Assembly (NCBI GenBank): GCA_950097015.1
Contig: CATNEN010000038.1
Span: forward strand, 13,206,001 to 13,270,000
Length of the DNA: 64,000 bases
Origin: Macrostomum hystrix
Lineage: Eukaryota; Animalia; Platyhelminthes
Direction: 5' to 3'
Part shown: positions 13,201 through 28,200 of the stretch, piece after piece
Layout: each line of letters begins with the position of its first letter
Position numbering within the stretch: the first letter of the stretch is position 1
Notes under the pieces: model-generated
The model's input: the letters and a program-made list of their open reading frames with translations, nothing else
Told to the model about the DNA's origin: nothing
Databases searched by the model: none
Made by a program: the position numbers and the translations under genes

Positions 13201-16200
13201 TAATATTCTAGACATCAAATATGTTTTCCTGATTAAAAAGTGCGTTAAAACACACCCCTGTAGGCAGATGCATCTGAAGCTTGTTGCTTGCTCTGTGAAC
13301 ACGATATGGCTAGCTGCTATCGCGGATAGCGTTGGGCTGCGATAGCAGCACTAAATTACATTTGCAGCTCTAGCTAGCCTGCTTGACAGTGACAAGCGGG
13401 TTGATTCAAGTGTAAAGAACAATTAGAGCACCTTGCTCACGTGCTTGAAGAGCTTAACGCGTGCTGCTGGCACACATCACGTCAAACTCATCTTTCAGGT
13501 ATATTGCTAAAATTCTAAATATATGGTTCTAGCCCGTTTTCTCGATTCATAATATCGTTCACAATTCCCCTGTCAGCAGATCTAGCGAAAGCGTGTTGCT
13601 GGCGATGTGAACACGCTATGACTAGCTGCTCTCGCGGATTGCGTAGGGCTGCTAAAGCAGTACAGAAATAACTTTTGCAGCTTTAGCTAGCCTGTTTGAC
13701 TATATAAAGTGTTTTGATGCACGCCTATTCATGAACAAGTGTAAATGAACATGTGCTGGCACACATCGCGTCATACTCATATTTTAGGTATATTGCTAAT
13801 ATTCTAGAGATCAAGTATGTTTTCCTGATTAAAAAGTGCGTTAAAACACACCCCTGTAGGCAGATGCATCTGAAGCTTGTTGCTTGCTCTGTGAACACGA
13901 TATGGCTAGCTGCACTCGTGGATGGCGTTGGGCTGCGATAGCAGCACTAAATTACATTTGCAGCTCTAGCTAGCCTGCTTGACAGTGACAAGCGGGTTGA
14001 TTCAAGTGTAAAGAACAATTAGAGCACCTTGCTCACGTGCTTGAAGAGCTTAACGCGTGCTGCTGGCACACATCACGTCCACCTCATATTTCAGGAATAT
14101 TGCTTATATTCTAAATATAGGGTTCTAGCTCGTTTTCTCGATTCATAATATCGTTCACAATTTCCCTGTCAGCAGATCTAGCGAAAGCGTGTTGCTGGCG
14201 ATGTGAACACGCTATAACTAGCTGCTCTCGTGGATAGAATAGGGCTGCTAAAGCAGTACAGAAATAACTTTTGCAGCTTTAGCTAGCCTGTTTGACTATA
14301 AAGTGTTTTGATGCACGCCTATTCATGAACAAGTGTAAATGAACATGTGCTGGCACACATCGCGTCATACTCATATTTTAGGTATATTGCTAATATTCTA
14401 GAGATCAAGTATGTTTTCCTGATTAAAAAGTTCGTTAAAACACACCCCTGTAGGCAGATGCATCTGAAGCTTGTTGCTTGCTCTGTGAACACGATATGGC
14501 TAGCTGCTCTCGTGGATCGCGTTGGGCTGCGATAGCAGCACTAAATTACATTTGCAGCTCTAGCTAGCCTGCTTGACAGTGACAAGCGGGTTGATTCAAG
14601 TGTAAAGAACAATTAGAGCACCTTGCTCACGTGCTTGAAGAGCTTAACGCGTGCTGCTGGCACACATCACGTCCACCTCATATTTCAGGTATATTGCTAA
14701 TATTCTGAATATAAGGTTCTAGCTCGTTTTCTCGATTCAGAATATCGTTCACAATTCCCCTGTCAGCAGATCTAGCGAAAGCTTGTTGCTGGCGATGCGA
14801 ACACGCTATAACTAGCTGCTCTCGCGGATAGCGTAGGGCTGCTAAAGAAGTACAGAAATAACTTTTGCAGCTTTTGCTAGCCTGTTTACTATAAAAAGTG
14901 TTTTGATGCACGCCTATTCATGAACAAGTGTAAATGAACATGTGCTGGCACACATCGCGTCTTTCTTATATTTTAGGTATATTGCTAATATTCTAGAGAT
15001 CAAGTATGTTTTCCTGATTTAAAAGTGCGTTAAAACACACCCCTGTAGGCAGATGCATCTGAAGCTTGTTGCTTGCTCTGTGAACACGATATGGCTAGCT
15101 GCTCTCGTGGATCGCGTTGGGCTGCGATAGCAGCACTAAATTACATTTGCAGCTCTAGCTAGCCTGCTTGACAGTGACAAGCGGGTTGATTCAAGTGTAA
15201 AGAACAATTAGAGCACCTTGCTCACGTGCTTGAAGAGCTTAACGCGTGCTGCTGGCACACATCACGTCCACCTCATATTTCAGGTATATTGCTAATATTC
15301 TGAATATAAGGTTCTAGCTCGTTTTCTCGATTCAGAATATCTTTCACAATTCCCCTGTCAGCAGATCTAGCGAAAGCTAGTTGCTGGCGATGCGAACACG
15401 CTATAACTAGCTGCTCTCGCGGATAGCGTAGGGCTGCTAAAGAAGTACAGAAATAACTTTTGCAGCTTTTGCTAGCCTGTTTACTATAAAAAGTGTTTTG
15501 ATGCACGCCTATTCATGAACAAGTGTAAATGAACATGTGCTGGCACACATCGCGTCATACTCATATTTTAGGTAATTGCTAATATTCTAGACATCAAATA
15601 TGTTTTCCTGATTAAAAAGTGCGTTAAAACACACCCCTGTAGGCAGATGCATCTGAAGCTTGTTGCTTGCTCTGTGAACACGATATGGCTAGCTGCTATC
15701 GCGGATAGCGTTGGGCTGCGATAGCAGCACTAAATTACATTTGCAGCTCTAGCTAGCCTGCTTGACAGTGACAAGCGGGTTGATTCAAGTGTAAAGAACA
15801 ATTAGAGCACCTTGCTCACGTGCTTGAAGAGCTTAACGCGTGCTGCTGGCACACATCACGTCAAACTCATCTTTCAGGTATATTGCTAAAATTCTAAATA
15901 TATGGTTCTAGCCCGTTTTCTCGATTCATAATATCGTTCACAATTCCCCTGTCAGCAGATCTAGCGAAAGCGTGTTGCTGGCGATGTGAACACGCTATGA
16001 CTAGCTGCTCTCGCGGATTGCGTAGGGCTGCTAAAGCAGTACAGAAATAACTTTTGCAGCTTTAGCTAGCCTGTTTGACTATATAAAGTGTTTTGATGCA
16101 CGCCTATTCATGAACAAGTGTAAATGAACATGTGCTGGCACACATCGCGTCATACTCATATTTTAGGTATATTGCTAATATTCTAGAGATCAAGTATGTT

Positions 16201-19200
16201 TTCCTGATTAAAAAGTGCGTTAAAACACACCCCTGTAGGCAGATGCATCTGAAGCTTGTTGCTTGCTCTGTGAACACGATATGGCTAGCTGCACTCGTGG
16301 ATGGCGTTGGGCTGCGATAGCAGCACTAAATTACATTTGCAGCTCTAGCTAGCCTGCTTGACAGTGACAAGCGGGTTGATTCAAGTGTAAAGAACAATTA
16401 GAGCACCTTGCTCACGTGCTTGAAGAGCTTAACGCGTGCTGCTGGCACACATCACGTCCACCTCATATTTCAGGTATATTGCTAATATTCTGAATATAAG
16501 GTTCTAGCTCGTTTTCTCGATTCAGAATATCTTTCACAATTCCCCTGTCAGCAGATCTAGCGAAAGCTTGTTGCTGGCGATGCGAACACGCTATAACTAG
16601 CTGCTCTCGCGGATAGCGTAGGGCTGCTAAAGAAGTACAGAAATAACTTTTGCAGCTTTTGCTAGCCTGTTTACTATAAAAAGTGTTTTGATGCATGCCT
16701 ATTCATGAACAAGTGTAAATGAACATGTGCTGGCACACATCGCGTCATACTCATATTTTAGGTATATTGCTAATATTCTAGAGATCAAGTATGTTTTCCT
16801 GATTTAAAAGTGCGTTAAAACACACCCCTGTAGGCAGATGCATCTGAAGCTTGTTGCTTGCTCTGTGAACACGATATGGCTAGCTGCTCTCGTGGATCGC
16901 GTTGGGCTGCGATAGCAGCACTAAATTACATTTGCAGCTCTAGCTAGCCTGCTTGACAGTGACAAGCGGGTTGATTCAAGTGTAAAGAACAATTAGAGCA
17001 CCTTGCTCACGTGCTTGAAGAGCTTAACGCGTGCTGCTGGCACACATCACGTCCACCTCATATTTCAGGTATATTGCTAATATTCTGAATATAAGGTTCT
17101 AGCTCGTTTTCTCGATTCAGAATATCTTTCACAATTCCCCTGTCAGCAGATCTAGCGAAAGCTTGTTGCTGGCGATGCGAACACGCTATAACTAGCTGCT
17201 CTCGCGGATAGCGTAGGGCTGCTAAAGAAGTACAGAAATAACTTTTGCAGCTTTTGCTAGCCTGTTTACTATAAAAAGTGTTTTGATGCACGCCTATTCA
17301 TGAACAAGTGTAAATGAACATGTGCTGGCACACATCGCGTCATACTCATATTTTAGGTAATTGCTAATATTCTAGACATCAAATATGTTTTCCTGATTAA
17401 AAAGTGCGTTAAAACACACCCCTGTAGGCAGATGCATCTGAAGCTTGTTGCTTGCTCTGTGAACACGATATGGCTAGCTGCTATCGCGGATAGCGTTGGG
17501 CTGCGATAGCAGCACTAAATTACATTTGCAGCTCTAGCTAGCCTGCTTGACAGTGACAAGCGGGTTGATTCAAGTGTAAAGAACAATTAGAGCACCTTGC
17601 TCACGTGCTTGAAGAGCTTAACGCGTGCTGCTGGCACACATCACGTCAAACTCATCTTTCAGGTATATTGCTAAAATTCTAAATATATGGTTCTAGCCCG
17701 TTTTCTCGATTCATAATATCGTTCACAATTCCCCTGTCAGCAGATCTAGCGAAAGCGTGTTGCTGGCGATGTGAACACGCTATGACTAGCTGCTCTCGCG
17801 GATTGCGTAGGGCTGCTAAAGCAGTACAGAAATAACTTTTGCAGCTTTAGCTAGCCTGTTTGACTATATAAAGTGTTTTGATGCACGCCTATTCATGAAC
17901 AAGTGTAAATGAACATGTGCTGGCACACATCGCGTCATACTCATATTTTAGGTATATTGCTAATATTCTAGAGATCAAGTATGTTTTCCTGATTAAAAAG
18001 TGCGTTAAAACACACCCCTGTAGGCAGATGCATCTGAAGCTTGTTGCTTGCTCTGTGAACACGATATGGCTAGCTGCACTCGTGGATGGCGTTGGGCTGC
18101 GATAGCAGCACTAAATTACATTTGCAGCTCTAGCTAGCCTGCTTGACAGTGACAAGCGGGTTGATTCAAGTGTAAAGAACAATTAGAGCACCTTGCTCAC
18201 GTGCTTGAAGAGCTTAACGCGTGCTGCTGGCACACATCACGTCCACCTCATATTTCAGGAATATTGCTTATATTCTAAATATAGGGTTCTAGCTCGTTTT
18301 CTCGATTCATAATATCGTTCACAATTTCCCTGTCAGCAGATCTAGCGAAAGCGTGTTGCTGGCGATGTGAACACGCTATAACTAGCTGCTCTCGTGGATA
18401 GAATAGGGCTGCTAAAGCAGTACAGAAATAACTTTTGCAGCTTTAGCTAGCCTGTTTGACTATAAAGTGTTTTGATGCACGCCTATTCATGAACAAGTGT
18501 AAATGAACATGTGCTGGCACACATCGCGTCATACTCATATTTTAGGTATATTGCTAATATTCTAGAGATCAAGTATGTTTTCCTGATTAAAAAGTTCGTT
18601 AAAACACACCCCTGTAGGCAGATGCATCTGAAGCTTGTTGCTTGCTCTGTGAACACGATATGGCTAGCTGCTCTCGTGGATCGCGTTGGGCTGCGATAGC
18701 AGCACTAAATTACATTTGCAGCTCTAGCTAGCCTGCTTGACAGTGACAAGCGGGTTGATTCAAGTGTAAAGAACAATTAGAGCACCTTGCTCACGTGCTT
18801 AAAGAGCTTAACGCGTGCTGCTGGCACACATCACGTCCACCTCATATTTCAGGTATATTGCTAATATTCTGAATATAAGGTTCTAGCTCGTTTTCTCGAT
18901 TCAGAATATCTTTCACAATTCCCCTGTCAGCAGATCTAGCGAAAGCTTGTTGCTGGCGATGCGAACACGCTATAACTAGCTGCTCTCGCGGATAGCGTAG
19001 GGCTGCTAAAGAAGTACAGAAATAACTTTTGCAGCTTTTGCTAGCCTGTTTACTATAAAAAGTGTTTTGATGCACGCCTATTCATGAACAAGTGTAAATG
19101 AACATGTGCTGGCACACATCGCGTCATACTCATATTTTAGGTATATTGCTAATATTCTAGAGATCAAGTATGTTTTCCTGATTAAAAAGTGCGTTAAAAC

Positions 19201-22200
19201 ACACCCCTGTAGGCAGATGCATCTGAAGCTTGTTGCTTGCTCTGTGAACACGATATGGCTAGCTGCTCTCGTGGATCGCGTTGGGCTGCGATAGCAGCAC
19301 TAAATTACATTTGCAGCTCTAGCTAGCCTGCTTGACAGTGACAAGCGGGTTGATTCAAGTGTAAAGAACAATTAGAGCACCTTGCTCACGTGCTTGAAGA
19401 GCTTAACGCGTGCTGCTGGCACACATCACGTCAAACTCATCTTTCAGGTATATTGCTAAAATTCTAAATATATGGTTCTAGCCCGTTTTCTCGATTCATA
19501 ATATCGTTCACAATTCCCCTGTCAGCAGATCTAGCGAAAGCGTGTTGCTGGCGATGTGAACACGCTATGACTAGCTGCTCTCGCGGATTGCGTAGGGCTG
19601 CTAAAGCAGTACAGAAATAACTTTTGCAGCTTTAGCTAGCCTGTTTGACTATATAAAGTGTTTTGATGCACGCCTATTCATGAACAAGTGTAAATGAACA
19701 TGTGCTGGCACACATCGCGTCATACTCATATTTTAGGTATATTGCTAATATTCTAGAGATCAAGTATGTTTTCCTGATTAAAAAGTGCGTTAAAACACAC
19801 CCCTGTAGGCAGATGCATCTGAAGCTTGTTGCTTGCTCTGTGAACACGATATGGCTAGCTGCACTCGTGGATGGCGTTGGGCTGCGATAGCAGCACTAAA
19901 TTACATTTGCAGCTCTAGCTAGCCTGCTTGACAGTGACAAGCGGGTTGATTCAAGTGTAAAGAACAATTAGAGCACCTTGCTCACGTGCTTGAAGAGCTT
20001 AACGCGTGCTGCTGGCACACATCACGTCCACCTCATATTTCAGGAATATTGCTTATATTCTAAATATAGGGTTCTAGCTCGTTTTCTCGATTCATAATAT
20101 CGTTCACAATTTCCCTGTCAGCAGATCTAGCGAAAGCGTGTTGCTGGCGATGTGAACACGCTATAACTAGCTGCTCTCGTGGATAGAATAGGGCTGCTAA
20201 AGCAGTACAGAAATAACTTTTGCAGCTTTAGCTAGCCTGTTTGACTATAAAGTGTTTTGATGCACGCCTATTCATGAACAAGTGTAAATGAACATGTGCT
20301 GGCACACATCGCGTCATACTCATATTTTAGGTATATTGCTAATATTCTAGAGATCAAGTATGTTTTCCTGATTAAAAAGTTCGTTAAAACACACCCCTGT
20401 AGGCAGATGCATCTGAAGCTTGTTGCTTGCTCTGTGAACACGATATGGCTAGCTGCTCTCGTGGATCGCGTTGGGCTGCGATAGCAGCACTAAATTACAT
20501 TTGCAGCTCTAGCTAGCCTGCTTGACAGTGACAAGCGGGTTGATTCAAGTGTAAAGAACAATTAGAGCACCTTGCTCACGTGCTTGAAGAGCTTAACGCG
20601 TGCTGCTGGCACACATCACGTCCACCTCATATTTCAGGTATATTGCTAATATTCTGAATATAAGGTTCTAGCTCGTTTTCTCGATTCAGAATATCGTTCA
20701 CAATTCCCCTGTCAGCAGATCTAGCGAAAGCTTGTTGCTGGCGATGCGAACACGCTATAACTAGCTGCTCTCGCGGATAGCGTAGGGCTGCTAAAGAAGT
20801 ACAGAAATAACTTTTGCAGCTTTTGCTAGCCTGTTTACTATAAAAAGTGTTTTGATGCACGCCTATTCATGAACAAGTGTAAATGAACATGTGCTGGCAC
20901 ACATCGCGTCTTTCTTATATTTTAGGTATATTGCTAATATTCTAGAGATCAAGTATGTTTTCCTGATTTAAAAGTGCGTTAAAACACACCCCTGTAGGCA
21001 GATGCATCTGAAGCTTGTTGCTTGCTCTGTGAACACGATATGGCTAGCTGCTCTCGTGGATCGCGTTGGGCTGCGATAGCAGCACTAAATTACATTTGCA
21101 GCTCTAGCTAGCCTGCTTGACAGTGACAAGCGGGTTGATTCAAGTGTAAAGAACAATTAGAGCACCTTGCTCACGTGCTTGAAGAGCTTAACGCGTGCTG
21201 CTGGCACACATCACGTCCACCTCATATTTCAGGTATATTGCTAATATTCTGAATATAAGGTTCTAGCTCGTTTTCTCGATTCAGAATATCTTTCACAATT
21301 CCCCTGTCAGCAGATCTAGCGAAAGCTAGTTGCTGGCGATGCGAACACGCTATAACTAGCTGCTCTCGCGGATAGCGTAGGGCTGCTAAAGAAGTACAGA
21401 AATAACTTTTGCAGCTTTTGCTAGCCTGTTTACTATAAAAAGTGTTTTGATGCACGCCTATTCATGAACAAGTGTAAATGAACATGTGCTGGCACACATC
21501 GCGTCATACTCATATTTTAGGTAATTGCTAATATTCTAGACATCAAATATGTTTTCCTGATTAAAAAGTGCGTTAAAACACACCCCTGTAGGCAGATGCA
21601 TCTGAAGCTTGTTGCTTGCTCTGTGAACACGATATGGCTAGCTGCTATCGCGGATAGCGTTGGGCTGCGATAGCAGCACTAAATTACATTTGCAGCTCTA
21701 GCTAGCCTGCTTGACAGTGACAAGCGGGTTGATTCAAGTGTAAAGAACAATTAGAGCACCTTGCTCACGTGCTTGAAGAGCTTAACGCGTGCTGCTGGCA
21801 CACATCACGTCAAACTCATCTTTCAGGTATATTGCTAAAATTCTAAATATATGGTTCTAGCCCGTTTTCTCGATTCATAATATCGTTCACAATTCCCCTG
21901 TCAGCAGATCTAGCGAAAGCGTGTTGCTGGCGATGTGAACACGCTATGACTAGCTGCTCTCGCGGATTGCGTAGGGCTGCTAAAGCAGTACAGAAATAAC
22001 TTTTGCAGCTTTAGCTAGCCTGTTTGACTATATAAAGTGTTTTGATGCACGCCTATTCATGAACAAGTGTAAATGAACATGTGCTGGCACACATCGCGTC
22101 ATACTCATATTTTAGGTATATTGCTAATATTCTAGAGATCAAGTATGTTTTCCTGATTAAAAAGTGCGTTAAAACACACCCCTGTAGGCAGATGCATCTG

Positions 22201-25200
22201 AAGCTTGTTGCTTGCTCTGTGAACACGATATGGCTAGCTGCACTCGTGGATGGCGTTGGGCTGCGATAGCAGCACTAAATTACATTTGCAGCTCTAGCTA
22301 GCCTGCTTGACAGTGACAAGCGGGTTGATTCAAGTGTAAAGAACAATTAGAGCACCTTGCTCACGTGCTTGAAGAGCTTAACGCGTGCTGCTGGCACACA
22401 TCACGTCCACCTCATATTTCAGGTATATTGCTAATATTCTGAATATAAGGTTCTAGCTCGTTTTCTCGATTCAGAATATCTTTCACAATTCCCCTGTCAG
22501 CAGATCTAGCGAAAGCTTGTTGCTGGCGATGCGAACACGCTATAACTAGCTGCTCTCGCGGATAGCGTAGGGCTGCTAAAGAAGTACAGAAATAACTTTT
22601 GCAGCTTTTGCTAGCCTGTTTACTATAAAAAGTGTTTTGATGCACGCCTATTCATGAACAAGTGTAAATGAACATGTGCTGGCACACATCGCGTCTTTCT
22701 TATATTTTAGGTATATTGCTAATATTCTAGAGATCAAGTATGTTTTCCTGATTTAAAAGTGCGTTAAAACACACCCCTGTAGGCAGATGCATCTGAAGCT
22801 TGTTGCTTGCTCTGTGAACACGATATGGCTAGCTGCTCTCGTGGATCGCGTTGGGCTGCGATAGCAGCACTAAATTACATTTGCAGCTCTAGCTAGCCTG
22901 CTTGACAGTGACAAGCGGGTTGATTCAAGTGTAAAGAACAATTAGAGCACCTTGCTCACGTGCTTGAAGAGCTTAACGCGTGCTGCTGGCACACATCACG
23001 TCCACCTCATATTTCAGGTATATTGCTAATATTCTGAATATAAGGTTCTAGCTCGTTTTCTCGATTCAGAATATCTTTCACAATTCCCCTGTCAGCAGAT
23101 CTAGCGAAAGCTAGTTGCTGGCGATGCGAACACGCTATAACTAGCTGCTCTCGCGGATAGCGTAGGGCTGCTAAAGAAGTACAGAAATAACTTTTGCAGC
23201 TTTTGCTAGCCTGTTTACTATAAAAAGTGTTTTGATGCACGCCTATTCATGAACAAGTGTAAATGAACATGTGCTGGCACACATCGCGTCATACTCATAT
23301 TTTAGGTAATTGCTAATATTCTAGACATCAAATATGTTTTCCTGATTAAAAAGTGCGTTAAAACACACCCCTGTAGGCAGATGCATCTGAAGCTTGTTGC
23401 TTGCTCTGTGAACACGATATGGCTAGCTGCTATCGCGGATAGCGTTGGGCTGCGATAGCAGCACTAAATTACATTTGCAGCTCTAGCTAGCCTGCTTGAC
23501 AGTGACAAGCGGGTTGATTCAAGTGTAAAGAACAATTAGAGCACCTTGCTCACGTGCTTGAAGAGCTTAACGCGTGCTGCTGGCACACATCACGTCAAAC
23601 TCATCTTTCAGGTATATTGCTAAAATTCTAAATATATGGTTCTAGCCCGTTTTCTCGATTCATAATATCGTTCACAATTCCCCTGTCAGCAGATCTAGCG
23701 AAAGCGTGTTGCTGGCGATGTGAACACGCTATGACTAGCTGCTCTCGCGGATTGCGTAGGGCTGCTAAAGCAGTACAGAAATAACTTTTGCAGCTTTAGC
23801 TAGCCTGTTTGACTATATAAAGTGTTTTGATGCACGCCTATTCATGAACAAGTGTAAATGAACATGTGCTGGCACACATCGCGTCATACTCATATTTTAG
23901 GTATATTGCTAATATTCTAGAGATCAAGTATGTTTTCCTGATTAAAAAGTGCGTTAAAACACACCCCTGTAGGCAGATGCATCTGAAGCTTGTTGCTTGC
24001 TCTGTGAACACGATATGGCTAGCTGCACTCGTGGATGGCGTTGGGCTGCGATAGCAGCACTAAATTACATTTGCAGCTCTAGCTAGCCTGCTTGACAGTG
24101 ACAAGCGGGTTGATTCAAGTGTAAAGAACAATTAGAGCACCTTGCTCACGTGCTTGAAGAGCTTAACGCGTGCTGCTGGCACACATCACGTCCACCTCAT
24201 ATTTCAGGTATATTGCTAATATTCTGAATATAAGGTTCTAGCTCGTTTTCTCGATTCAGAATATCTTTCACAATTCCCCTGTCAGCAGATCTAGCGAAAG
24301 CTTGTTGCTGGCGATGCGAACACGCTATAACTAGCTGCTCTCGCGGATAGCGTAGGGCTGCTAAAGAAGTACAGAAATAACTTTTGCAGCTTTTGCTAGC
24401 CTGTTTACTATAAAAAGTGTTTTGATGCACGCCTATTCATGAACAAGTGTAAATGAACATGTGCTGGCACACATCGCGTCATACTCATATTTTAGGTAAT
24501 TGCTAATATTCTAGAGATCAAGTATGTTTTCCTGATTAAAAAGTGCGTTAAAACACACCCCTGTAGGCAGATGCATCTGAAGCTTGTTGCTTGCTCTGTG
24601 AACACGATATGGCTAGCTGCACTCGTGGATGGCGTTGGGCTGCGATAGCAGCACTAAATTACATTTGCAGCTCTAGCTAGCCTGCTTGACAGTGACAAGC
24701 GGGTTGATTCAAGTGTAAAGAACAATTAGAGCACCTTGCTCACGTGCTTGAAGAGCTTAACGCGTGCTGCTGGCACACATCACGTCCACCTCATATTTCA
24801 GGAATATTGCTTATATTCTAAATATAGGGTTCTAGCTCGTTTTCTCGATTCATAATATCGTTCACAATTTCCCTGTCAGCAGATCTAGCGAAAGCGTGTT
24901 GCTGGCGATGTGAACACGCTATAACTAGCTGCTCTCGTGGATAGAATAGGGCTGCTAAAGCAGTACAGAAATAACTTTTGCAGCTTTAGCTAGCCTGTTT
25001 GACTATAAAGTGTTTTGATGCACGCCTATTCATGAACAAGTGTAAATGAACATGTGCTGGCACACATCGCGTCATACTCATATTTTAGGTATATTGCTAA
25101 TATTCTAGAGATCAAGTATGTTTTCCTGATTAAAAAGTTCGTTAAAACACACCCCTGTAGGCAGATGCATCTGAAGCTTGTTGCTTGCTCTGTGAACACG

Positions 25201-28200
25201 ATATGGCTAGCTGCTCTCGTGGATCGCGTTGGGCTGCGATAGCAGCACTAAATTACATTTGCAGCTCTAGCTAGCCTGCTTGACAGTGACAAGCGGGTTG
25301 ATTCAAGTGTAAAGAACAATTAGAGCACCTTGCTCACGTGCTTAAAGAGCTTAACGCGTGCTGCTGGCACACATCACGTCCACCTCATATTTCAGGTATA
25401 TTGCTAATATTCTGAATATAAGGTTCTAGCTCGTTTTCTCGATTCAGAATATCTTTCACAATTCCCCTGTCAGCAGATCTAGCGAAAGCTTGTTGCTGGC
25501 GATGCGAACACGCTATAACTAGCTGCTCTCGCGGATAGCGTAGGGCTGCTAAAGAAGTACAGAAATAACTTTTGCAGCTTTTGCTAGCCTGTTTACTATA
25601 AAAAGTGTTTTGATGCACGCCTATTCATGAACAAGTGTAAATGAACATGTGCTGGCACACATCGCGTCATACTCATATTTTAGGTATATTGCTAATATTC
25701 TAGAGATCAAGTATGTTTTCCTGATTAAAAAGTGCGTTAAAACACACCCCTGTAGGCAGATGCATCTGAAGCTTGTTGCTTGCTCTGTGAACACGATATG
25801 GCTAGCTGCTCTCGTGGATCGCGTTGGGCTGCGATAGCAGCACTAAATTACATTTGCAGCTCTAGCTAGCCTGCTTGACAGTGACAAGCGGGTTGATTCA
25901 AGTGTAAAGAACAATTAGAGCACCTTGCTCACGTGCTTGAAGAGCTTAACGCGTGCTGCTGGCACACATCACGTCCACCTCATATTTCAGGTATATTGCT
26001 AATATTTGAATATAAGGTTCTAGCTCGTTTTCTCGATTGAAAAGATCGTTGACAATCCCTCTGTCAGCAGATCTAGCGAAAGCTTGTTGCTGGCGATGCG
26101 AACACGCTATAACTAGCTGCTCTAGCGGATAGCGTTGGGCTGCTAAAGAAGTACAGAAGTAACTTTTCCAGCTTTTGCTAGCCTGTTTACTATAAAAAGT
26201 GTTTTGATGCACGCCTATTCATGAACAAGTGTAAATGAACATGTGCTGGCACACATCGCGTCATACTCATATTTTAGGTATATTGCTAATATTCTAGAGA
26301 TCAAGTATGTTTTCCTGATTAAAAAGTGCGTTAAAACACACCCCTGTAGGCAGATGCATCTGAAGCTTGTTGCTTGCTCTGTGAACACGATATGGCTAGC
26401 TGCTCTCGTGGATCGCGTTGGGCTGCGATAGCAGCACTAAATTACATTTGCAGCTCTAGCTAGCCTGCTTGACAGTGACAAGCGGGTTGATTCAAGTGTA
26501 AAGAACAATTAGAGCACCTTGCTCACGTGCTTGAAGAGCTTAACGCGTGCTGATGGCACACATCACGTCAAACTCATCTTTCAGGTATATTGCTAAAATT
26601 CTAAATATATGGTTCTAGCCCGTTTTCTCGATTCATAATTTCGTTCACAATTCCCCTGTCAGCAGATCTAGCGAAAGCGTGTTGCTGGCGATGTGAACAC
26701 GCTATGACTAGCTGCTCTCGCGGATTGCGTAGGGCTGCTAAAGCAGTACAGAAATAACTTTTGCAGCTTTAGCTAGCCTGTTTGACTATAAAGTGTTTTG
26801 ATGCACGCCTATTCATGAACAAGTGTAAATGAACATGTGCTGGCACACATCGCGTCATACTCATATTTTAGGTATATTGCTAATATTCTAGAGATCAAGT
26901 ATGTTTTCCTGATTAAAAAGTGCGTTAAAACACACCCCTGTAGGCAGATGCATCTGAAGCTTGTTGCTTGCTCTGTGAACACGATATGGCTAGCTGCACT
27001 CGTGGATGGCGTTGGGCTGCGATAGCAGCACTAAATTACATTTGCAGCTCTAGCTAGCCTGCTTGACAGTGACAAGCGGGTTGATTCAAGTGTAAAGAAC
27101 AATTAGAGCACCTTGCTCACGTGCTTGAAGAGCTTAACGCGTGCTGCTGGCACACATCACGTCCACCTCATTTTTTAAGGAATATTGGCAATATTCGAAA
27201 TATAGGGTTCTAGGTCGTTTTCTCGATTCATAATATCGTTCAAAATTCCCCTGTCAGCAGATCTAGCGAAAGCGTGTTGCTGGCGATGTAAACACGCTAT
27301 AACTAGCTGCTATCGCGGATAGCGTTGGGCTGCTAAAGCAAAAGCAGTACAGAAATAACTTTTGCAGCTTTAGCTAGCCTGTTTGACTATAAAGTGTTTT
27401 GATGCACGCCTATTCATGAACAAGTGTAAATGAACATGTGCTGGCACACATCGCGTCATACTCATATTTTAGGTATATTGCTAATATTCTAGAGATCAAG
27501 TATGTTTTCCTGATTAAAAAGTGCGTTAAAACACACCCCTGTAGGCAGATGCATCTGAAGCTTGTTGCTTGCTCTGTGAACACGATATGGCTAGCTGCTC
27601 TCGTGGATCGCGTTGGGCTGCGATAGCAGCACTAAATTACATTTGCAGCTCTAGCTAGCCTGCTTGACAGTGACAAGCGGGTTGATTCAAGTGTAAAGAA
27701 CAATTAGAGCACATTGCTCACGTGCTTGAAGAGCTTAACGCGTGCTGCTGGCACACATCACGTCAAACTCATCTTTCAGGTATATTGCTAAAATTCTGAA
27801 TATAAGGTTCTAGCTCGTTTTCTCGATTGAAGAGATCGTTGACAATTCCCCTGTCAGCAGATCTAGCGAAAGCTTGTTGCTGGCGATGTGAACACGCTAT
27901 AACTAGCTGCTCTCGCGGATAGCGTAGGGCTGCTAAAGAAGTACAGAAATAACTTTTGCAGCTTTTGCTAGCCCGTTTACTATAAAAAGTGTTTTGATGC
28001 ACGCCTATTCATGAACAAGTGTAAATGAACATGTGCTGGCACACATCGCGTCATACTCATATTTTAGGTATATTGCTAATATTCTAAACATCAAGTATGT
28101 TTTCCTGATAAAAAAGTGCGTTAAAACACACCCCTGTAGGCAGATGCATCTGAAGCTTGTTGCTTGCTCTGTGAACACGATATGGCTAGCTGCACTCGTG

